Shown here: positions 1 to 8,560 of the stretch, in pieces
Layout: each line of letters opens with the position of its first letter
Numbering within the stretch: position 1 is the first letter of the stretch
Source: Myxococcota bacterium
GTDB taxonomy: Bacteria; Myxococcota_A; UBA796; CAJQPC01
Direction: 5' to 3'
Assembly: GCA_036012755.1 (NCBI GenBank)
Contig: DASCPX010000160.1
Span: 32,001-96,000 of the forward strand
DNA length: 64,000 nucleotides
The notes under the pieces: generated by a model
Database searches by the model: none
What the model saw: only the letters and a program-made list of their open reading frames with translations
Told to the model about the DNA's origin: nothing
Position numbers and translations under genes: made by a program

Positions 1-8
1 AGCGCGCG

Positions 9-581
9 ATGGCTCGCGCGGCCATGGGACACAGCGGCGCATTGCAGGAGCTCGAGACTGCACTCCGCCTCCAGCCCGATGAGCGGGGCTGGGCGCTCCT
101 CGCAGAGGGTCTCAGCCGCCTCGGCGCCTGGGAGCGGGCCGAGGCTGCCTACCTCGAGGCCGCCTCGACCGCCACGGACGAGCTGCCCTCCCTGGCGCTG
201 CGCCGAGCCGAGAACCTGGCCGTGCACGGGCGCGCCGATGACGCCCTGTCCGCGCTCCAGCCGGCGCTGAAGGGGACCCAGCTGGTGCGCCTGGCGGCGC
301 TGTTGATGGCAGGCGGCCTGCTCGTCGACCTCGGTCGCGCCGACGATGCCATCGAGGCAGCGATGGAAGCAGGCCACATCGCAGAGGCCCGCCGCAACTG
401 GTTCGCCTTGTCCTGCGCCGCGATGGACGCCGCCGCCGCCTGGCGACTCAAGGGCGACGACGCACGCGGAGTCTCCATCCTGCACGCGACGCTCACGAAC
501 ATCCGCCAGCAGGGGGACCCGGGAGTCCTGCTGATGGCCCGGCTCGTAGAGATCCAGCAGGAACAGCGGGCGAAACCCTGA
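9..581 (+). CDS. TPR-like helical repeat protein, probably 5'-partial
   Basis: Ala/Leu-rich helical repeats (ELETALRLQPD, AWERAEAAYLEAA); frame is open to the window edge. Confidence 0.6.
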   Translation: MARAAMGHSGALQELETALRLQPDERGWALLAEGLSRLGAWERAEAAYLEAASTATDELPSLALRRAENLAVHGRADDALSALQPALKGTQLVRLAALLMAGGLLVDLGRADDAIEAAMEAGHIAEARRNWFALSCAAMDAAAAWRLKGDDARGVSILHATLTNIRQQGDPGVLLMARLVEIQQEQRAKP

Positions 582-582
582 G

Positions 583-2391
583 TCAGCGCCAGATCTCGCC
601 GGCCCCCGGCGCAAGGGTCCTTGCCCCGGCCTCGGCGACGGCGCCGGAGAGCAGCTCCGTTCCCCCGGGGCCCTGGACCGTGATCGACGAGTCGCCCAGG
701 TTGATGAGCGCAGTGCTGCCATCCTCGAGGCTCCAGACCGGGGGCACCACATCGTTGGGATCGGCGAACTCCGCCAGCGGGCCGAAGTCGGGGCCGCTGG
801 TGTAGCGCAGCGGGTCTCGAGGCCTGGCGGTGACGCCGATGAGCGCGAGCAGGTCGGGGTCCAAGGCGAGCTCGAGGCGATCTTCGGCCAGCGAGGGGAG
901 GTCGTCGCCGAGTATCCAGGGCCCTCCGGAGAGCACCTGGGCAACGACGGCTCCGGTCGCCTCCGTATCCGAGAAGGGGTCTCGCAGGATCAGCTGGTCC
1001 GGATCGATCCACCACCACACGCCGTTCTGCCAGCTGCGGGCAGCGGTCGCGCGAGCAGCCCAACGCAGGTACTCCCGGCGCGGGTCCGGGTCGAACTCGA
1101 AGGCGATGTCGGCCCCTGTCCGGTAGCTGTCGGCGTAGCCCAGGGACGGCAACATCGGGGCGCCGCAAGCGAGGATCCAGGTCTGCTCCCCGGCAGCCTC
1201 GCGCAGGATCTGCATGCCGCGGATGTAGGCCTCCATACCGGTGACGTCCTCCTGGCGCACCCCCTCCTGGGCGCCCGCGTAGAGGAAGTCCAGCTTGAGG
1301 TAGGTCCAGCCCTCGTCGACGCGAACGCTGATCTGCTCGGCCAGCCAGTCCGCCGCGTCGGGATGGGTCACGTCGACGATGAGGTAGTCGTGGTCGCCGA
1401 AGTTCGAGAAGGACAGGGGCTCCCCTTCGGCGTCGTGAACGAACCAGTCCGGGTGCTCGTCGTAGAGGTACTCCCGCTCCACGTAGAAGGGCGCCATCCA
1501 GAGGCCAGGGGTGAGCCCCTCGGCCCGAATGTCCTCGGCCAGCTGGGCCATGCCGCTCGGGAAGTCCTCTCCGGCCTCCCACTGTCCCCACTGCACCTGC
1601 CAGCCGTCGTCGATCTGGAAGATCTCGAGGGCCTCGATCTGCGAGGCGACAGCAAGGTTCTCGCGGACCTGCTCCTCTGTGATCTCCGAGTAGAACTGGT
1701 ACCAGGTAGCCCAACCGACCGGCGGATCTTCGCGCACCTGGACGCCGTTGTGGACCCGCGCCGCCAAGGCATAGTCCCCGAAGCCGTCGGCGAGGCCAGC
1801 GGCGAAGCCCCCGTGGACCGGATCCAGCGTCAGCGGGGTCGAGGGGGTCACCGTGATGCGCTCTCCCCGACCTCCCCAGACAAAGGCCGCGAGGTCGTCG
1901 CCGAAGGCCGCGTAGGCCTTCGTCCGCGTCGCCGACAGCGCGCCGATCAGGAAGCACCCGCCGTCGGGCCGACCGGCGAGCCCCACCCACCAGGAGGTCG
2001 CGGAGGTCTCCTCGGTGGCGCTCATCCCGTCCCCATCTCCCCCGGCGACAGGCAAGCCGTCCTCCCACTCCAGCGGCTGCAGTTCGGTGACACCCGACCA
2101 CCACCAGGACTGGTAGCCCTGCTTCCAGACGACGAGGTCCTCGTCTCCGGAGAGCTCCATCTGGCCAGAGAGCACCAGGGCCTCGAAGACCCCCTCGCCG
2201 GAGATCTCGGGCTGCAGGCCGCCCTCGACCTCTGTGAACGAGACCTCGAGCTCACCCTCGCCGTGGACCTCTGCCCGGAGCTCGACGTACCCGCAGTGAC
2301 CCTCGGCCACCAGCACATCTCCCTCCAACCGAAGCGGGTCGCTGCACAAGGCCGGGGCCTCCGAGCTGCAACCGAGGAGGAGGACGAGCAT
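583..2391 (-). CDS. Alpha-galactosidase, glycoside hydrolase family 36 (predicted lipoprotein)
   Basis: GWATWYQFY, FQIDDGWQ, FPSGM..GLWMAPF, YLKLDFLY and DPD motifs typical of GH36; N-terminus MLVLLLGC. Confidence 0.85.
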   Translation of the reverse strand: MLVLLLGCSSEAPALCSDPLRLEGDVLVAEGHCGYVELRAEVHGEGELEVSFTEVEGGLQPEISGEGVFEALVLSGQMELSGDEDLVVWKQGYQSWWWSGVTELQPLEWEDGLPVAGGDGDGMSATEETSATSWWVGLAGRPDGGCFLIGALSATRTKAYAAFGDDLAAFVWGGRGERITVTPSTPLTLDPVHGGFAAGLADGFGDYALAARVHNGVQVREDPPVGWATWYQFYSEITEEQVRENLAVASQIEALEIFQIDDGWQVQWGQWEAGEDFPSGMAQLAEDIRAEGLTPGLWMAPFYVEREYLYDEHPDWFVHDAEGEPLSFSNFGDHDYLIVDVTHPDAADWLAEQISVRVDEGWTYLKLDFLYAGAQEGVRQEDVTGMEAYIRGMQILREAAGEQTWILACGAPMLPSLGYADSYRTGADIAFEFDPDPRREYLRWAARATAARSWQNGVWWWIDPDQLILRDPFSDTEATGAVVAQVLSGGPWILGDDLPSLAEDRLELALDPDLLALIGVTARPRDPLRYTSGPDFGPLAEFADPNDVVPPVWSLEDGSTALINLGDSSITVQGPGGTELLSGAVAEAGARTLAPGAGEIWR

Positions 2392-2426
2392 TGTCCCCTG
2401 TTACACCGCGCGGCCTGGAGGTGCTC

Positions 2427-3077
2427 ATGCGCGTCGTCATCACCGGAGCCAATCGCGGCATCGGCCTGGAGCTGGCTCGGCTCTCCCTGGCACGAGGGGA
2501 CGAGGTCGTCAGCGCCTGCCGTGTCGACGAGGGGACCGGTGTCGGCGAGGTCGTCGAGGGCGTCGACGTGACGACGGAGGAGGGGGTCTCGGCCCTCGAG
2601 TCGGCCCTCGGAGAGAGCGCGATCGACCTGTTGATCAACAACGCCGGACTGCTCCATCGGGTGGGACTCGGCGAGCTGGACTGGGAGAGCATCCGGCGCC
2701 AGATGGAGGTCAACGCCTATGGACCGCTGCGGGTCACCCAGCGCCTGCTCCCCCGCCTGCGGCGCGGCTCCAAGGTGGCGATCGTCACCTCGCGCATGGG
2801 ATCGATCGCCGACAACACCAGCGGGAGTCACTACGGCTACCGCATGTCCAAGGCGGCCGTGAACATGGCTGGCGCATCCCTGAGCCGGGACCTGGCTCCC
2901 CGAGGCATCGCCGTCTGCCTGCTCCACCCCGGCTACGTCACGACCCGCATGACGGGTTTCCACGGGAACTGGGGCGCCGAGGACGCTGCGAGGGGCCTGC
3001 TCGACCGCATCGACGAGCTCACCCTGGCCACCAGCGGCGGCTTCTGGCACGCCGAAGGTCAGCGCCTGCCCTGGTAG
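2427..3077 (+). CDS. Short-chain dehydrogenase/reductase, CsgA (C-factor)-like
   Basis: ITGANRGIG, NNAG, SRMGSI, YRMSK, LLHPGYV; GGAGG RBS before the ATG at 2427. Confidence 0.85.
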   Translation: MRVVITGANRGIGLELARLSLARGDEVVSACRVDEGTGVGEVVEGVDVTTEEGVSALESALGESAIDLLINNAGLLHRVGLGELDWESIRRQMEVNAYGPLRVTQRLLPRLRRGSKVAIVTSRMGSIADNTSGSHYGYRMSKAAVNMAGASLSRDLAPRGIAVCLLHPGYVTTRMTGFHGNWGAEDAARGLLDRIDELTLATSGGFWHAEGQRLPW

Positions 3078-3238
3078 GCCCGTGGTCGTTGGACCTCCTC
3101 GCTGGGAGGGGCACGGTCACGAAGTCGGAGGCCCGACGACCACGGTCGATCGCCAGATGCCGCGGCGGGCGCGCGGTTACCGGATCATCCCGAGAACTCG
3201 CGCGTCCCACGGGGCCGCCACCTTCCCCTCCTGAGCTG

Positions 3239-3643
3239 CTACCACTCGTATGACTCAGCGTTGGTCAGCTCCACCGTGTCGCCGCGGCTGGTGAAGATGT
3301 CCGGGTCGAGCTCCAGCACGAGGCGCTCCGCCGGGATCCACTCGAGGACGCGGTTCTTCGCTGTCCCCTCTTCCGGGTAGGTGGAGCCCAAGTTGTCGAG
3401 CATCTCGATCGTGACGTACCTCCCGTCGACGTCGTAGGTCCCCGTCCAATGGAAGTACCAGCCGTACTCGCCGCCCTCGGCCTCGCTCCCCTCACCCACG
3501 AAGTCCGGCTCCACGTCGAACTCGGCCTGCCCGAAGAACCACGCAACGTTGCTGTCCGCGATTGACCACTTTCCATGAAGATCGGACCGCTGTTCCGGGA
3601 ACGGACCGCAGGCGAGCATGAGCACCCATAGGCTGGCGCTCAT
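3239..3643 (-). CDS. Hypothetical lipoprotein (paralog A of a tandem pair)
   Basis: MSASLWVLMLAC start; near-identical blocks shared with 3836..4249 (EQRSDLHGKWS, AWFFGQAEF, EGTAKNRVLEWIP, ERLVLELDPD). Confidence 0.7.
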   Translation of the reverse strand: MSASLWVLMLACGPFPEQRSDLHGKWSIADSNVAWFFGQAEFDVEPDFVGEGSEAEGGEYGWYFHWTGTYDVDGRYVTIEMLDNLGSTYPEEGTAKNRVLEWIPAERLVLELDPDIFTSRGDTVELTNAESYEW

Positions 3644-4286
3644 GCGCAGGCTCCCGGGATCCACTCGAAGCGCACGTCGTAGGGGAACTCGAAGGCGGGG
3701 TCGACCACCGATGACTGCTCTTCCGCGATGCACATCATCCTGGCGTGGGGCCGCGGGCCACGAGGTTGGGCGCCGAGGCGAAGAGGATTGCCCGGGCTCG
3801 TCCCCGCGGGGTCATCACCTTCCCCAACCGAGCCACTACCAGTCGTATTGCTCAGCGTATGTCAGCTCGATCGTCGTTCCGGTGAAGACGTCCGGGTCGA
3901 GCTCGAGCACGAGCCGTTCTGTCGGGATCCACTCGAGGACGCGGTTCTTCGCTGTCCCTTCAACCGGCTCGGTGTAGCCCATGTTGTCGAGCATCTCGAT
4001 CGTGACGTTCCTCCCGTCAACCTCGTAGGTACCGGTCCAAGAGAACGACCAGAAGTACGGGCCATCCTCGACTTCGCTAGCCTCGCCAACGAAGTCCGGC
4101 TCGACTTCGAACTCAGCCTGCCCGAAGAACCAGGCCGTGTTGCTCGGCCACTGCCCCGGACCGGCTGGTGACCACTTCCCATGAAGATCGGACCGCTGCT
4201 CCGGGTACGAACCACAGGCGACCATGAGCAACGTCAGGCTGCCGATCATGCGCAGGCTCCCGGGATCCACTCGAAGCGAACGTCGA
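3641..4286. repeat. Two copies of a ~40-bp element immediately upstream of the duplicated genes (3641-3680 and 4247-4286)
   Basis: catgcgcaggctcccgggatccactcgaagcgcacgtcgt versus catgcgcaggctcccgggatccactcgaagcgaacgtcga; 2 mismatches in 40. Confidence 0.85.
3836..4249 (-). CDS. Hypothetical lipoprotein (paralog B of a tandem pair)
   Basis: MIGSLTLLMVAC start; paralog of 3239..3643. Confidence 0.7.
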   Translation of the reverse strand: MIGSLTLLMVACGSYPEQRSDLHGKWSPAGPGQWPSNTAWFFGQAEFEVEPDFVGEASEVEDGPYFWSFSWTGTYEVDGRNVTIEMLDNMGYTEPVEGTAKNRVLEWIPTERLVLELDPDVFTGTTIELTYAEQYDW

Positions 4287-4698
4287 AGGCATGGGCGTAG
4301 CCGCCCCCCCCCGCCGATCGGCATGTCAAGAAATTGCAAACCAGGACGTGGCAGGCTGCTCCTGCGGGTCGGAGTTCCGTCGCCGATGGTGCCGGAGCGC
4401 CGAGCCCGCGCTCGGTAGGACCTGCTGCCTCCGCGCCGCCCTGAGTCAATCAGTCGATCAGAAGACAGGCCGCACAGCGGCCGCGAGTGGCGCCGCCGCG
4501 AAGGACCCGCTGATCAACCGATTCCGTGACGGAGCTTCTCCGTCCGGCTCCGCCTTCTGAGGCCACGTGTCGGAGAGGTCGACCAGGCGGCGTCGGAGGC
4601 TCCGCACGATGGACCGTCGATGTGTCCTGACCGCACATCCCAGGACGATGATGGCGTCAACCGATAGGATGCTCGACCTCTTCGGCCTGGGAGTCTCG

Positions 4699-5322
4699 AT
4701 GCAGATCCGCTCTGACAGCTTCACCGATGGCAGTCGTATCCCCGCTCGTTTCGCGATGGGCAAGCCGGGCGAGGACGGCCCCGTGGCCTTCTCCGACAAC
4801 GACAACCCCCACCTCGCCTGGTCCGGGGCGCCGCTGGGGACGAAGAGCTTCGTGCTCGTCTGCCACGATCCGGACTGTCCGACGGTCGGCGACGACGTGA
4901 ACCAGGAAGACCGGTGGGTCCCCCGCGACCTGCCCCGCTGCGACTTCTTCCACTGGGTGCTCGTCGACATCCCCGCTTCGATCTGTGAGATCGCCGCGGG
5001 CAGCCACAGCTCCGGCGTGACGGAGGGGGGCAAGACACCCGGACCCGCGCAGTCCGGCGTGCAGGGAGTCAACGACTACACGAGCTGGTTCGCAGGCGAC
5101 GAGACCATGGGCGGAGACTACGGCGGCTATGACGGCCCCTTCCCCCCCTGGAACGACCAGCGCCTTCATCACTACGTCTTCACCGTCTGGGCGGTGGACG
5201 TGGAGAGCCTCGGGCTGAGCGGGTCGTTCAACGGACAAGCCGTGCGCGAGGCCCTCGCGGGTCGGGTGCTCGGCGTGGCCCAGATCACGGGCTCATACGC
5301 CATCAACCCAGCGGCGGCCTAA
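4699..5322 (+). CDS. YbhB/YbcL family (PEBP/Raf kinase inhibitor-like) protein
   Basis: NPHLAWS, HDPD, FFHWVLVDIP, GYDGPFPPWND, HHYVFTV. Confidence 0.9.
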   Translation: MQIRSDSFTDGSRIPARFAMGKPGEDGPVAFSDNDNPHLAWSGAPLGTKSFVLVCHDPDCPTVGDDVNQEDRWVPRDLPRCDFFHWVLVDIPASICEIAAGSHSSGVTEGGKTPGPAQSGVQGVNDYTSWFAGDETMGGDYGGYDGPFPPWNDQRLHHYVFTVWAVDVESLGLSGSFNGQAVREALAGRVLGVAQITGSYAINPAAA

Positions 5323-6476
5323 TAGCAGCAGCGCTTGGCGCGCTCGCCGCTCCCGCACGGGCAGGGAGCGTTCCGGCGCGGCGGTGGCCCGGGACGGAGC
5401 CTCTTCGCCAGGGCCTTGAAGCCTCCGTCGGCGTGGGCGAGGAAGCGCCGAGTCCCCTCGCAGAGCACCCCGGGACCGACCCGCTGGCGGGGGCAGTCTC
5501 CCCAGCAGCGTTGGAGCCACTGGCAGTCGTCACAGTCCGCGTGTCGGGCCGCCTTGGCCATGCCGAAGGCTCGCTGACGCGGTCCCTCCAGCACCTCCGT
5601 CAGGCCCTGCTCTCCGAGCTGCCCCAGCGGCTGGTCCACGAAGAAGTCGCAGCTGTAGAGGGCCCCGTCGTGGTCGACGACGAGGTAGTCGCCGCAGCTC
5701 TGCCGCCGCGTGCAGTCCCCGGCAGGGTGTCCCAGGTAGGTAGCCAGGATCGAGTCGAAGTCCCGGATCACGACGAGCTTGCCCCTGCGCATGTCCGCCT
5801 GCCAGCGATTCCAGAGCGCGCAGAGGAAACGCCCCCACTGCTCGCCATCGATCGACCAGGGCGCCACGGCGGTGGGGTCGTCTGGGTCGGCGTCCGCGGC
5901 GGGGATGAACTGGATGTACGAGAAGCCCAGGGCGACGAGGTTGTCGTAGCGCTCCGCAGCCAGCGTGTGGTTGTAGCGGCTCACGACCGACATCGCGTTG
6001 ACCTCGACACCCGCATCCAGCAGCAAGCGCGCTGCCTTCAGGGCGAGGGCGTGGGTCGGCCGACCCCCACGGGTGGGACGCTCGGCGTCGTGCTGCTCGG
6101 CGTCCCCGTCGATGGACAAGCCGACGAGCCAGCCCTCTGAAGCGAAGAACTCCGCCCAGCCTTCGTCCAGCCCGATCCCGCTGGTCTGGAAGGAGTTCGT
6201 GATCCGCGGGCCCTTGCCATCGCGCTGAAGTCGGGCCGCCCGCTGGTAGAAGTCGAGCCCGGCCAGCAGGGGCTCGCCCCCCTGCCAGATGAAGTCGACC
6301 TGCTCGACCCCGGCGCCGAGTGCCTCGGATACGAGGAGCTCCAGGGTCCGCTCGCTCATTCGCCGGGGGCTGCTCGAGACCTCTGCTCGGTCACGGTAGA
6401 AGCAGTAGCTGCAAGCCAGCGGGCAGTCCGCGCCGACCGGCTTCACGAGCAGCGTCAGGTTGGTCTCAGATGCCAA
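5319..6476 (-). CDS. Radical SAM/SPASM protein, anaerobic sulfatase maturase type, with C-terminal SEC-C motif
   Basis: KPVGADCPLACSYCFY (CxxxCxxC), WQGGEPLL, YSCDFFV, CDDCQWLQRCWGDCP, RNAPCPCGSG..CC; TTG start preceded by GAGGAG. Confidence 0.9.
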   Translation of the reverse strand: MASETNLTLLVKPVGADCPLACSYCFYRDRAEVSSSPRRMSERTLELLVSEALGAGVEQVDFIWQGGEPLLAGLDFYQRAARLQRDGKGPRITNSFQTSGIGLDEGWAEFFASEGWLVGLSIDGDAEQHDAERPTRGGRPTHALALKAARLLLDAGVEVNAMSVVSRYNHTLAAERYDNLVALGFSYIQFIPAADADPDDPTAVAPWSIDGEQWGRFLCALWNRWQADMRRGKLVVIRDFDSILATYLGHPAGDCTRRQSCGDYLVVDHDGALYSCDFFVDQPLGQLGEQGLTEVLEGPRQRAFGMAKAARHADCDDCQWLQRCWGDCPRQRVGPGVLCEGTRRFLAHADGGFKALAKRLRPGPPPRRNAPCPCGSGERAKRCCY

Positions 6477-6555
6477 GCCGCTCGATCTCCTCGCGCCAGT
6501 CGGCCTCCGCTCCCAGCTGGGCGAGACGAGTGATGCGTCCTTTCCTCAGGGGCAC
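6466..6555 (-). CDS. Possible 29-aa ORF or gene remnant (MPLRKGRITRLAQLGAEADWREEIERLGI)
   Basis: GTG at 6555; its stop overlaps the first codons of the radical SAM gene; too short to classify. Confidence 0.3.
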   Translation of the reverse strand: MPLRKGRITRLAQLGAEADWREEIERLGI

Positions 6556-6606
6556 GAGCGGAGGGCCTCACGCACGATGTCCACCTCGACCGGCGAGTCT
6601 CGCCGA

Positions 6607-6741
6607 CTACTTCTTCTTGCGCTTGTTCTTCTTCTTCTTGGATGCCTTGCTGCGCTTGTTCGCCGGGTCACGGAAGCCCGGCTTGTTCGCCTTGTCCTCA
6701 TCCTTGGAGAGGACGCTCTTGGGGGCCTGGGTCTTGTTCAT
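6607..6741 (-). CDS. Small 44-aa Lys-rich basic protein
   Basis: MNKTQAPKSVLSKDEDKANKPGFRDPANKRSKASKKKKNKRKKK; ATG overlaps the upstream TGA (ATGA coupling); GGAGG upstream; AAG-dominated Lys codons. Confidence 0.7.
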   Translation of the reverse strand: MNKTQAPKSVLSKDEDKANKPGFRDPANKRSKASKKKKNKRKKK

Positions 6742-7538
6742 GGCGCCGACCCTAACCTCCCGGCGGCCTCCGGGTAGGTGTACCAGGTGTCCATGTCCGT
6801 GTAGACGCGCCGCCCGAGCGCCAGGAGCGCGACACCGGTCGCCGCGGAGAGGATCCCGGCGGTGCCGAGGGCGACCTCGGTCTCCGACATCGTTCCGTTC
6901 TCGAGCCCCTCGGCCCCGACCATCATGCCGTTGTAGCCGACCACGCACAGCGCGACACCGGCGGTCGTGTTCATGACCTCCAGCGCGCGGATCCGCCTGT
7001 AGGTCCCCACGTCGCCGACGGCCCGTGCGAACTGCCCGGCGGTGAGCTCGTCATCCGCCAGGTATGCCTCCACCCCACCAGCTGACTGGAGCAGCTCGAT
7101 CGGCGCGGTCCCAGGCAGCTCCGCTCCACCGGCGAGGGCCACAGCGTGGTCGAAGCGGTACCAGCGCTCGAGTCGGTCGAGCTCGTGCTTGCGAGCCGAG
7201 TAGACCGTGAGGAAGGTCGCCAGGGTCATGCCACCGGCCAGCATCACGAGGCTGCCGCCCATCATGGTCATCGGGTCGGCCTGGTTGATGCCCACGAAGA
7301 GCCCGCCTGCGCCAGCCGCCATGATCGGCATCCCCACCGCCCACCCAAGGCCCCTGGCGCGCCGGTTCTCCTGGGCAGCCAAGGTGTATGCCTCGGCCAC
7401 CGGGACATCGCCGACCAGCCCGGCGAACTCGCCTGGAGTGAGCTCACGACCTTCGGAGTGTGCGTCGAAGGACTCACGGTCCCCTCGGATGACCGGGCCT
7501 TGCTCAGCGGCGAGAGCGGTCGCGACCAGCCACATCAT
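6738..7538 (-). CDS. Hypothetical membrane protein with a two-fold internal repeat
   Basis: MMWLVATALA signal-like start; repeats ELTPGEFAGLVGD/ELTAGQFARAVGD, each followed by two hydrophobic segments and a WY motif. Confidence 0.7.
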   Translation of the reverse strand: MMWLVATALAAEQGPVIRGDRESFDAHSEGRELTPGEFAGLVGDVPVAEAYTLAAQENRRARGLGWAVGMPIMAAGAGGLFVGINQADPMTMMGGSLVMLAGGMTLATFLTVYSARKHELDRLERWYRFDHAVALAGGAELPGTAPIELLQSAGGVEAYLADDELTAGQFARAVGDVGTYRRIRALEVMNTTAGVALCVVGYNGMMVGAEGLENGTMSETEVALGTAGILSAATGVALLALGRRVYTDMDTWYTYPEAAGRLGSAP

Positions 7539-7558
7539 GCGAGGCATCATAGAGAACG

Positions 7559-8560
7559 ATGATGTGGCTCGGACTCCTCTCCAGCAGCTTCGCGGCAGGC
7601 GCTTGGTGCGACGGTGCCTTCGCTGTCTCCACGTCAGACGGCGTGGTCGTCTTCCGAGATGGGGAGGGCCAGCGCCTAACGACCGGCGCCCAGACCACCG
7701 CCCTCGGCTGGCAGCCGGACTGCCGCCGCCTCGCCGTGGCCTCTTCTGCGCTGTTCCTCTTCGACTTCCACTTCGGCGAGGAGGACCCGAAGTTCCGGAC
7801 CACGCTGGACGACAGCCACGTCAGCGGCACCGGTCCGCGCGCGGAGCGCATCGTCTGGTACGAGGACAGCCTGGCCTACATCGAGCACGGCACACGCCCC
7901 GAGCTGCGCATCCTGGACGCTACGGCGATGACCTGGGTCTCGGTGGCGCAGACGACCCAGGCGGTCACCGACCTGGCCCTGAGCGGGCCGCGCTCCGGCA
8001 GCTTCGTCCTCGGGGAGAAGATGCTGTGGCGCTTCGATCCCGACAAGACGATCATGGTCTACATGGCGAAGCGGGTGGCGGTGCACCCGGAGACAGAGGC
8101 CCTCGAGGGCCCGAGTCACGACCTGACTATCGGTGGAGCGCCCTTCGCGGAGCCCGTTCTCCTCGTAGGACTGAGCGCTGACGGAGCTCGGGCCCTGGTC
8201 AGGCTCGATCCGGTGTCCTACGGCCCCTACGCGAGCGTCTCCACCAGCGGCGCGAGGACGACCTTCGGCATCGGTCCGAACCCACAGCGCGTCGACGAGG
8301 GCTGGGCCAGCGACGGCTCCTTCCTGGTCGGTCCGTCCCAAGGACAGCTCGTGCGCGACGACGGCGCCGGCTCACGGACGGAGCTCGGCGTGCTCATGGA
8401 CGAGGTCGCCGAGGTCCACATCAATGAGGACGGAAGCCGCGTCGCGGTCGTGAAGACCGACGGCAGCGTGGTCTTCGTCGACCTCGCCGATCAGCCCTCG
8501 CGCTCGAACACGGCCGCTGCGCCCATTCCGCCACCGATGCACATCGAGACCACGCCGTAG
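7559..8560 (+). CDS. Hypothetical secreted beta-propeller (WD40-like) protein
   Basis: Blade-like motifs ALGWQPDCRRLAVAS, GLSADGARALV, GWASDGSFLV, INEDGSRVAV; 3' end overlaps fadA tail-to-tail. Confidence 0.6.
   Translation: MMWLGLLSSSFAAGAWCDGAFAVSTSDGVVVFRDGEGQRLTTGAQTTALGWQPDCRRLAVASSALFLFDFHFGEEDPKFRTTLDDSHVSGTGPRAERIVWYEDSLAYIEHGTRPELRILDATAMTWVSVAQTTQAVTDLALSGPRSGSFVLGEKMLWRFDPDKTIMVYMAKRVAVHPETEALEGPSHDLTIGGAPFAEPVLLVGLSADGARALVRLDPVSYGPYASVSTSGARTTFGIGPNPQRVDEGWASDGSFLVGPSQGQLVRDDGAGSRTELGVLMDEVAEVHINEDGSRVAVVKTDGSVVFVDLADQPSRSNTAAAPIPPPMHIETTP

Noticed and set aside
2427..3077. Assigning csgA (C-signal) to the SDR
   Set aside because: This SDR subfamily is widespread and no developmental gene context supports orthology.
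3078..4300. Integron cassette array for the duplicated genes
   Set aside because: No RYYYAAC...GTTRRRY attC in the proper order and no integrase; similarity covers the genes themselves, which fits tandem duplication.
4304..4329. Phase-variable promoter (TTGACA plus a 9-bp G tract)
   Set aside because: The nearest -10-like hexamer is 24 bp away and weak; homopolymer lengths are unreliable in this sequence.
8491..8560. Functional meaning for the 70-nt tail-to-tail overlap with fadA
   Set aside because: The overlapping tail is low-complexity and likely a stop-codon run-on, common in GC-rich genomes.
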